From assembly GCA_030549845.1 (NCBI GenBank), contig JAUQQN010000001.1, positions 1-32,000 of the forward strand: a DNA stretch of 32,000 bases, read 5' to 3'. Made by a program: the position numbers and the translations under genes. The notes beneath the pieces are model-generated. The model had not been told where the DNA came from. It saw only the letters and a program-made list of their open reading frames with translations, and did no database searches. Of the stretch, positions 25,675 to 32,000 are shown piece after piece. The stretch is from Patescibacteria group bacterium. Lineage in GTDB: Bacteria > Patescibacteriota > Minisyncoccia > UBA6257 > HR35. Position 1 is the first letter of the stretch; the number at the start of each line of letters is the position of its first letter.

Positions 25675-27401
25675 TGTCTAATTCCAGGAGAACGAATAAA
25701 TCTTCTTGGCTGAGGGAAAAGTTTTTGAAATAAGCCTTCATTTTGGTTAGTAGAAATTATTTGAGCGTTTGTTAAAGATTTAACTATAATCCATTCTCCC
25801 TCTTCTAAGCCTTTTAAAATTTCAACATTCTTTTCATCACTTAGGCCTGTTTCAATAAACTTTTTCTGTGGTGGATAATTTAAATTAACATTAATTATTT
25901 TTTCAATATTTCTTTCTTTATTAAGTGTTGTAAGGTTACTTAAATTAGAAAATCTCTGGTTTAAAATAGCTATATCTCTTTCGTCTGGCACTTCAACGTA
26001 TTTTCGATTTTTAAACATTTTAACAGCTTGATTAGGAACAATTAAAACATTATTTTTTCCTTCAACGGCAATATCAGCATTAACAGTCATGCCTATTTTT
26101 ACTTTAGGATTATTCTCAAAAGCAATTTTAACTTTATAACTAACTACCCCCTGAGAAATTTCACCAATTGGATCTATAGAAATAATTTTTCCTTTTAATT
26201 GAAAATTAGGTAAAGCATCGAAGGTTAAAATGACATCATTTCCAATTTTTATTTCAGCTGCATCTACTTCATTAAGTTTAACTTCAGCAATTTTATCTAA
26301 AGATTGGATGGTTAACAAAACTTGAGATGGATTCACATAGTCATTTATCTTAACATTCATTTGAGAAATATAACCAGTAACTGGTGAGTAAATAACATAA
26401 TCTTTCAAGTCGTCTCTTAAATCTTGAATTTTAATTTCTAATTGCTTAATATTAATTTGGGTATTTTTAATATCTAAATCCAAACTATTAAGATTATCAT
26501 AAAAAGCGTTACTTTTATTAATATAATCGCCGAAATTATTTAAGTAAACAAGAAAAGTAGAATAAAGTTCATTTAAATTATTTATATGCTCATTAATTGT
26601 ATCTTGAAAAATATGCTGTTGTTGATTAAATATTGAACTTTCTTTAATAGACCTAATTTTATCTAAGCCAAATTTTATTAAATTAAGATACTCAAGGGTT
26701 AAGTTGTAATAATCTTTAATAAAATTCTGATCTATCTCAGAAGGTTCACTTTTTATAAGATTAAATTTAGAGGCAAGCTTTAAATACCTCTCTTTTAAGG
26801 AGTCGAAGGTTTTTTTAATCTTATCAGTTTGTAATTGGTAGTCTTTATTATAATAGCTAAGATAATATTCCAAATTATTTTTAATATAAGTTACTTTTGG
26901 AAAATCATTACTAAAGTAAATCTTATTTAATCTATCATGAGCTATAGGCAGTTTCTCTGTAAATTCTGAAATAATACTAAGATATGATTCATTTAATTTT
27001 CTTAAATCATCACTTCTTTGTAATTGTTCTTTCTTTTGAAGTAATTTTTCAAGGTTGATTTTTTGAGATTCTAGATTAAACTCTAGATCCCGAATTTGTT
27101 TTTCTAAATCAGTGGAATCAATTTTTGCCAATAATTCACCTCTTTTTACTAAATCTCCTTCTTTGAATGGTAAATATATTATTTTGCCACTGACTTGAGA
27201 TCTAACATCAAATGACTCAATAGAGACTATATTACCACTTCCAGAAACAGTTTTCTGAATAGATCCTCTAGTTACTTGAGTTATAGCAAAAAGATTGTTG
27301 TTTTTCTTAATTATAAGTTTTTTATAAATATAATATCCGCCAACAAGAATTGAAGCTATAATAAACAAAAGAAAAAACTTGTTTTTGAATATTTTAAACA
27401 T
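25671..27401 (-). CDS. HlyD/MacA-family membrane-fusion (periplasmic adaptor) protein with long coiled-coil insert
   Basis: N-terminal TM, a split lipoyl-like domain (SQVSGKIIYLPFKEGDLVKRGELLAKID ... IYSPVTGYISQMNVKINDYV) separated by ~240 aa of heptad-rich sequence, and C-terminal beta-barrel regions. 576 aa. Confidence 0.75.
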   Translation of the reverse strand: MFKIFKNKFFLLFIIASILVGGYYIYKKLIIKKNNNLFAITQVTRGSIQKTVSGSGNIVSIESFDVRSQVSGKIIYLPFKEGDLVKRGELLAKIDSTDLEKQIRDLEFNLESQKINLEKLLQKKEQLQRSDDLRKLNESYLSIISEFTEKLPIAHDRLNKIYFSNDFPKVTYIKNNLEYYLSYYNKDYQLQTDKIKKTFDSLKERYLKLASKFNLIKSEPSEIDQNFIKDYYNLTLEYLNLIKFGLDKIRSIKESSIFNQQQHIFQDTINEHINNLNELYSTFLVYLNNFGDYINKSNAFYDNLNSLDLDIKNTQINIKQLEIKIQDLRDDLKDYVIYSPVTGYISQMNVKINDYVNPSQVLLTIQSLDKIAEVKLNEVDAAEIKIGNDVILTFDALPNFQLKGKIISIDPIGEISQGVVSYKVKIAFENNPKVKIGMTVNADIAVEGKNNVLIVPNQAVKMFKNRKYVEVPDERDIAILNQRFSNLSNLTTLNKERNIEKIINVNLNYPPQKKFIETGLSDEKNVEILKGLEEGEWIIVKSLTNAQIISTNQNEGLFQKLFPQPRRFIRSPGIRQ

Positions 27402-27475
27402 TCTTAAAATTATAAAACTATTTAATTATAACCCTAATAACTTTATTATCCTACATTATAAAATTTTGGTAATAT

Positions 27476-27512
27476 AATTTTGGTAATCAGATTACGAAAA
27501 TTCGTAAATAAT
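27476..27512. repeat. palindrome family copy 1 (core GTAATCAGATTAC at 27483-27495)
   Basis: AATTTTGGTAATCAGATTACGAAAATTCGTAAATAAT. 36/37 identical to copy 3. About 80 bp upstream of the macA-like ATG (27401) and about 70 bp downstream of the GxxExxY stop. Confidence 0.9.
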
Positions 27513-27564
27513 TATTATCTAGAAACGATCAATTTCTATACTCAAGTTACAAAAATATAAGTTT

Positions 27565-28032
27565 TTAATCATTATGATTCTCTAATTTTATTTCTGCAAT
27601 TTTTAGACCTTTATAATTTTTCACCTCTGCCTTCAGTTGTCCTGATGGTTTTGTAAAATTAAAAACAAAACCTATTGGATAAAGTTCTTCGTTATCTTTT
27701 AATTCCTTTCTTAGTTCTTGCATATACCTTTCAACTTGTTTTTGGCTATCGATCTTAAGCTCAGAAATAGACTTTAACTCAATAATTATCGCGATTTTTT
27801 TCTTTCCTTTTGTATACCAAACTATTAAGTCAGGGGCTCCTCTTCCAACAACATAACCATTAAAAGTTATAGGTAATGTTCTTTGAGCTTCATATTTTAT
27901 TCCTTTCTCTCTTAAAGCTACTTCCATTGCTTTTTGATAAATATCTTCTTCCCAGCCTGCGCCTAATTCCTCATAAACCCTTGCTGCACATTCTTTCAAT
28001 TCATTTATTAATTCTTTAATCCCTTTCTCCAT
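27565..28032 (-). CDS. GxxExxY family protein (PD-(D/E)XK nuclease-fold)
   Basis: GAGWEEDIYQKAMEVAL contains the G-x-x-E-x-x-Y signature. Downstream, PDLIV ... IIELKS matches the D..(D/E)xK layout. 155 aa. Confidence 0.75.
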   Translation of the reverse strand: MEKGIKELINELKECAARVYEELGAGWEEDIYQKAMEVALREKGIKYEAQRTLPITFNGYVVGRGAPDLIVWYTKGKKKIAIIIELKSISELKIDSQKQVERYMQELRKELKDNEELYPIGFVFNFTKPSGQLKAEVKNYKGLKIAEIKLENHND

Positions 28033-28167
28033 TTTTTTATTTTTTAAATTAATCCTTCAATCTTTCTACTTTGCTTTTTTTAATAATCTTTTAATAATTT
28101 ATACTTTTTCTTATTTTCGTATGATTTTTAAACCAAATCAGTAATTTTTATTGGATGAATTTTTGAA

Positions 28168-28195
28168 ACAATTTTGGTAATCAGATTACGAAAAT
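28168..28195. repeat. palindrome family copy 2 (core 28177-28189)
   Basis: ACAATTTTGGTAATCAGATTACGAAAAT, identical over 28 nt to copy 3. About 145 bp upstream of the GxxExxY ATG. Confidence 0.9.
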
Positions 28196-28309
28196 GATTA
28201 ATTCCTGACTTTTTTAAATAATTACTGGAATATTTAATTGCTTATAATCTTGTTTCATTAATTTAATTTTATCACTTTTTAGGAAAGTTTTAGGTTGGCA
28301 GATAGAAAA

Positions 28310-28348
28310 ACAATTTTGGTAATCAGATTACGAAAATACGTAAATAAT
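28310..28348. repeat. palindrome family copy 3 (core 28319-28331)
   Basis: ACAATTTTGGTAATCAGATTACGAAAATACGTAAATAAT, 39 nt downstream of the HD gene stop (28387). Confidence 0.9.
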
Positions 28349-28386
28349 GTTATATTGCTAAAAAGAAAGTTATTAGTTGTTAGCTT

Positions 28387-29388
28387 CTAGTTTTTTAATA
28401 AATAGTCCCGAATCAAAGGAATTAAACGCTTCCATTTAGGTGGTAATTCTTTCCCCAAAAATGCAAAAAGATTCTCTTCGTGAATGCTATTTTGTAATAT
28501 TTCTCTAAGTTGTTCCTCCTCTTCTTCTGTTATAATCCTATTTACTTTAGCTTCTTTTACAATTTCATCTATATCTTGCTTATTAAGTTTAATCTTTTTC
28601 AATCTCTCTTCGTTTTTAATTTCTTGGATTTTTCTTCTTACAGCCTCGACAGAACCAAGATTAATCAACTGATCTTTTATTTGTTGCTTTTTAACTTCAT
28701 CTGCTTGAAGGCTTTGCAGAAATTCATCAATAATCATATAACATTCCCAAGCTATTATCATATTTATAAAACCGGTAAAATCAGACAACCCTTCGGAATT
28801 TAATGAACCCGCAATATCAAGAAAACAAGCAGTAAAAAACAAATTAATATCTATACCTTTTTCTATAATATGTTTCTCGAAATTTCTAGCTGAACTACTC
28901 TGGTTAAATATTTGAAAATACACCTCGTGGCTTGAAATTATTTTTAAAAGCTGTTCATTTCTATTAATAAAATCATTTATTTCTTCTTCTTGAGCAAATT
29001 CTTGGATAATCCTTACCCCTTCTTCGCCATGATCTTTATTGCCAATACGGTAACTAATTTGTGTATAACCTTCACTTTTCAAAACTTCTAAAGCTGCATC
29101 ACTATTTCCATTAGTCCTTTGTAAATACTCTTGCCATCTATCCATAGTAAAAGGCGTTTGATTTTTTTGAGAATCTATGATCATCATACAATTCAATTTG
29201 CCTATATCATGTAGATAAATAAACCATAGTAATTGTTCAAATGAATTTTTGACAGTAGTGGTTATTATGCTAATAACTCGATTTCTAAGTTCCTCTAATC
29301 CTGGAGGGAATTTTAAGATACTAAAATCAAAAGAACCTCCCTTAATTTCTTCTAGGGCTTGAATCATTAGACCAATATGAGCAGCCAT
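28387..29388 (-). CDS. HD-superfamily metal-dependent phosphohydrolase with C-terminal coiled-coil; 5' end uncertain
   Basis: His (AAHIGLM), then YLHDIGK, then SSHEV, then FLDIAGS give the H...HD...D pattern. The C-terminal ~100 aa are Glu/Lys-rich and helical. The reading frame stays open a further 57 codons upstream of ATG 29388 (see findings). Confidence 0.6.
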   Translation of the reverse strand: MAAHIGLMIQALEEIKGGSFDFSILKFPPGLEELRNRVISIITTTVKNSFEQLLWFIYLHDIGKLNCMMIIDSQKNQTPFTMDRWQEYLQRTNGNSDAALEVLKSEGYTQISYRIGNKDHGEEGVRIIQEFAQEEEINDFINRNEQLLKIISSHEVYFQIFNQSSSARNFEKHIIEKGIDINLFFTACFLDIAGSLNSEGLSDFTGFINMIIAWECYMIIDEFLQSLQADEVKKQQIKDQLINLGSVEAVRRKIQEIKNEERLKKIKLNKQDIDEIVKEAKVNRIITEEEEEQLREILQNSIHEENLFAFLGKELPPKWKRLIPLIRDYLLKN

Positions 29389-29824
29389 TACAGGACCTTC
29401 ACTATGATAAGGACCTAATTGAGGAATATTTAAAGATTCTTCAACAATCTCTCTTAATTTTTGGGGTATTTTAATATCTTGAAGTTTTTCTCGAGCTAAA
29501 TTAATCCAACTTTCTATATTTTGTGCTGTTAATTTCCGTGAGTCCTTTGAGCGATTTTCTTAATGAGGTTGTGGTTTATAAATTTCGGATTGCATTTAAA
29601 AATTTATACAATAAGCTTGTAAAGTTTTTTTTGCTTAACCTATTGATGACGAAAATTTTATATAGAGTTTTCTCGGTTATTTTTCTCTCTTTTCTTTTTT
29701 CAAGAATTCCAAATTTTTCTTCACATAAAACTCCTTTTATTAAATCCTCAAGTATTGCATTATTATATTATAACTTAATTATTAATTAGCACAATTCTTT
29801 TTCATTACTTAACCAGTTAATTGA

Positions 29825-29869
29825 TTTTTCGTCTTTTTCGTAAGTCTTTTTCGTAATCAGATTACAAAA
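29825..29869. repeat. palindrome family copy 4 (core 29853-29865) preceded by two extra direct half-sites
   Basis: TTTTTCGTC TTTTTCGTAAGTC TTTTTCGTAATCAGATTACAAAA. TTTTTCGT starts at 29825, 29834 and 29847. It lies between the sfsA stop (29926) and the HD gene. Confidence 0.9.
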
Positions 29870-29925
29870 CCTCAAATGCGACAAATAAATCCTTTTTCTC
29901 AAGAGGCTGAGAAATTAATTATAAT

Positions 29926-30741
29926 TTAGAGAATTATTCTTAAATCATCATTTTTTAAGATAATATTTTTTGTTTTAAGGTCGAGATATATTTGAATAGC
30001 TTTGATTTTTATATCTTTCTTTTTAGCAATTTTAAGTAATTTATAGATTTTTTCATCAGCATCCTTATTTGGTTTAAAAGCATTAATATTTTTAATACCT
30101 GCGATAAAAAGGATAATTGAATTTTTTGGTTTTCTTATTAATTCTTTAATATGTTTTTGACCCCTCAAAGAGGGACAGTCAGGATACATAGCAAGATTAT
30201 CTCTTTTCATTACAGCACTTTTAATTTCTAAATAATATTTTTTATTTTTGTATTGAACTAAATAATCAATTAGAGAATTATTTAATTTTATATTCTTTTT
30301 CAATATTTTTGCTCCTTTAAGCCATGAAATCAAATTTTTTTCAACAGCAATTTCAAAACATTTCATTTGAAGTAAAGTATCTATTATACTTGCTGAGTTT
30401 TTGTCTTCTTTAATAAAGGAAAGTCTATATTTTGTTTTTTTAGGATTTTTTAGAGGGGAAAGATAACCAATTTTTCTTTTAATTAAAAATTGTTCTAATC
30501 TTCCAGTATTATTTAAAGAAGCTTTAGTAATTTTATTATTAATTTTTACCTCGATAACAAATCTATTTACTCGTCTAACAATTTTAGAGGGGATTAAAGA
30601 AGGGATTTTTAAAATGCTTCTCATCAAACAAAATTCTATTATAATTAATTTCTCATTATCTTGAGAAAATAAGGAAGATTTTCGCTCTGCGCCGTTTTTA
30701 CGCTGTAAAGCAATTTTTAAGTAATCTGAAGAAATATTCAA
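29926..30741 (-). CDS. sfsA: SfsA-family protein (OB-fold plus PD-(D/E)XK nuclease-like domain)
   Basis: RRVNRFVIEV (family RxxRF motif), NTGRL, YLEIKSAV and YPDCPSLRGQKHIKEL align with E. coli SfsA. 30741 is a TTG. The ATG at 30624 (MRSILKIPS...) puts RxxRF at the usual distance from the N-terminus and is the more likely start. Confidence 0.8.
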   Translation of the reverse strand: MNISSDYLKIALQRKNGAERKSSLFSQDNEKLIIIEFCLMRSILKIPSLIPSKIVRRVNRFVIEVKINNKITKASLNNTGRLEQFLIKRKIGYLSPLKNPKKTKYRLSFIKEDKNSASIIDTLLQMKCFEIAVEKNLISWLKGAKILKKNIKLNNSLIDYLVQYKNKKYYLEIKSAVMKRDNLAMYPDCPSLRGQKHIKELIRKPKNSIILFIAGIKNINAFKPNKDADEKIYKLLKIAKKKDIKIKAIQIYLDLKTKNIILKNDDLRIIL

Positions 30742-30760
30742 TTAAATCCTACCAAATATT

Positions 30761-31792
30761 TTAATAAACCTGATTTAATTCCAAATATGCTAAAGTTGCA
30801 AATGAATAAAGAAAAGTTTTAAAAATACCTGATAATAAAAGAACCCCTCCGAAAACTAATGTGCCTAATATAATTCCAATTATAATTCCTGCTATAGGTG
30901 AAATAAAATATAACCCTATAACAAGCATTATAATAATAAAAATTGTAGGGGAAAGAATAAAATATTTAATTCCTGTTTCCAGAGCCATATATATAAGCCA
31001 AGTTAATAAAACATTTTTAGGATTAGCAAATAATAATCTTCCCGCATTCTTTAATGAACCCAAAGCTCCGTTATTTTTTATTACAATAAACCTTTCAGCA
31101 AATATATGTAATATAGAAAGATAAGCTAAGATTAATAACCATAAAATAAGTGAAATTATTCCTACAAAAATAGAAGCGGGGACATTTCTTGTAGTAAAAT
31201 TAAAGTAGAGAAATAGTAAAACAAAAAGTAATAAACTAAAATCACCGAGAAATGAAATAATTAACTTCAAAAAGAACATTCTGAAGAAATAATGAGCTCC
31301 ATCTTTGAATAATTTTCTAAAATTTATTTCTTCCTCTTTTTTAATATTATTTACTCCAGAAATCAATGCAGTCTTTGATATAAAACCTAGGATTATAAAA
31401 ATTAAATAAATTGCAATTAGAATAAATATTATTTCTATATAATCCCACCAAAGGCGCCTTAAAATACTTATATAAGGATCTTCTAAAATCAAGCTTTTCG
31501 CAGTTTCTAAACTATCATATGGAGGGTATATTGGTAATGTCTCTTTTAAAGATTCATGAATAGATGCTAAAAATTTTGTTGACCATATTGGAGGCAGAAA
31601 AAGAAGAGGGAGATTCAAAAACCCTTCTTGCTTAAATTCCTTTAATATATTTAATATATCATTAATATCAATTAAAAATCTCAAATCAATAAAAATAAAC
31701 TCTAATAAAAATGCGAATATTCCAAAGATCCAAAGAAATTTATACTTAAATGTTATTTGCCAAGCTCTTGAAATTATATAAGAATAATTCAT
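30761..31792 (-). CDS. hypothetical polytopic membrane protein
   Basis: 343-aa ATG ORF with about 7 long hydrophobic segments and no recognised family. It lies upstream of, and probably co-transcribed with, sfsA. Confidence 0.55.
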   Translation of the reverse strand: MNYSYIISRAWQITFKYKFLWIFGIFAFLLEFIFIDLRFLIDINDILNILKEFKQEGFLNLPLLFLPPIWSTKFLASIHESLKETLPIYPPYDSLETAKSLILEDPYISILRRLWWDYIEIIFILIAIYLIFIILGFISKTALISGVNNIKKEEEINFRKLFKDGAHYFFRMFFLKLIISFLGDFSLLLFVLLFLYFNFTTRNVPASIFVGIISLILWLLILAYLSILHIFAERFIVIKNNGALGSLKNAGRLLFANPKNVLLTWLIYMALETGIKYFILSPTIFIIIMLVIGLYFISPIAGIIIGIILGTLVFGGVLLLSGIFKTFLYSFATLAYLELNQVY

Positions 31793-31837
31793 TTATAGAA
31801 TTATAGAACAAATCAATTCCAAATTTCAATTTAATAG

Positions 31838-31860
31838 TTTCGTAATCAGATTACGGAAGA
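31838..31860. repeat. palindrome family copy 5 (core 31842-31854)
   Basis: TTTCGTAATCAGATTACGGAAGA, 50 bp upstream of the membrane-protein ATG (31792). 22/23 identical to copy 6. Confidence 0.9.
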
Positions 31861-31944
31861 CATGTTATTTTTAGAAGAAAAATTACAAAAAAAATTTTAT
31901 TTATTTAAGGGCACCTCTAGAATTTTTAAGTTCTTTTAATCACT

Positions 31945-31967
31945 TTTCGCAATCAGATTACGGAAGA
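31945..31967. repeat. palindrome family copy 6 (core GCAATCAGATTAC at 31949-31961)
   Basis: TTTCGCAATCAGATTACGGAAGA, with one mismatch in the left arm. It sits 107 bp from copy 5, near the window end. Confidence 0.85.
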
Positions 31968-32000
31968 GAGGACTTGTTAAAATAATTTTAAAATAATTTT

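Noticed and set aside
27476-28348. Palindrome copies as Rho-independent terminators of the minus-strand genes
   Set aside because: The stems are short and AT-rich, and neither strand has a T-run immediately 3' of the hairpin (minus strand continues CAAAATT, plus strand AAAAT). Copies 2, 5 and 6 lie upstream of genes rather than at 3' ends.
29523-29789. 88-aa plus-strand ORF between the HD gene and sfsA
   Set aside because: It runs antisense to the extended HD reading frame and to the SD/mini-ORF on the minus strand. It has Phe/Leu/Ile-rich AT-driven composition, and all surrounding genes are on the minus strand.
31862-31939. 25-codon plus-strand ORF (MLFLEEKLQKKFYLFKGTSRIFKFF) between repeat copies 5 and 6
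   Set aside because: It is too short and compositionally unremarkable. The only SD-like element (GGAAG) is 2-3 nt from the ATG, which is too close. There is no supporting evidence.
27462-31967. Could the six repeated palindromes be a CRISPR array?
   Set aside because: Spacing is highly irregular (107 to 1989 bp). The intervals contain full-length protein genes. The repeat core is only 13 bp with variable flanks, and no cas genes are present.
1-32000. Alternative genetic code (UGA read as Gly, as in some CPR lineages)
   Set aside because: TGA cleanly terminates dinB (2784-2786) and pheA. prfB (RF2, which reads UGA) is present with a UGA-dependent frameshift cassette. The ORF track under code 11 gives full-length, motif-complete proteins.

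Overview
Visibly AT-rich, tightly packed bacterial chromosome segment. It holds about 30 credible CDS plus one tRNA, with many 0-30 bp gaps and overlapping stops and starts. The gene content suggests a reduced-genome Patescibacteria/CPR-like bacterium; that placement is inference only. Supporting features are a class II B12-dependent RNR, a membrane-anchored PaaX/Cas2-like regulator, a polytopic membrane protein with TPR repeats, and a type IV pilin-like protein. The code is standard (code 11): TGA terminates dinB, and prfB carries a UGA-dependent +1 frameshift.

Most of the window is housekeeping:
- pduO-type cobalamin adenosyltransferase, dinB, nrdJ
- tyrA (with chorismate mutase), pheA, ilvE
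- a GT2 glycosyltransferase and an alpha/beta hydrolase
- recG, pcm, gatC
- a prfB-ftsE-ftsX block, tRNA-Ser(GCU), gdhA
- a macA/macB-like ABC efflux operon

The signals most worth a second look:
1. The last ~4.6 kb (27.4-32 kb). Every intergenic gap in a same-strand gene block carries a copy of the palindrome GTAATC-A-GATTAC. There are six copies, all in the same orientation, and up to 37 bp is conserved. Two copies are extended by tandem half-sites. The genes between them are a GxxExxY PD-(D/E)XK protein, an HD phosphohydrolase, SfsA plus a membrane protein, and the macAB operon.
2. An exact 30-bp near-palindrome is present in inverted copies on both sides of the PaaX/Cas2-like regulator gene. 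Each copy abuts the ribosome-binding region of an outward-facing neighbour (the hydrolase and recG).
3. A complete type IV pilin is fused to a roughly seven-repeat LVIVD-type beta-propeller, immediately downstream of tRNA-Ser.
4. The HD gene's reading frame stays open for 57 codons upstream of its first canonical start, through an HD-family-like motif, and is bounded by an in-frame TAA.

No CRISPR array, rRNA, transposase or integrase was seen.
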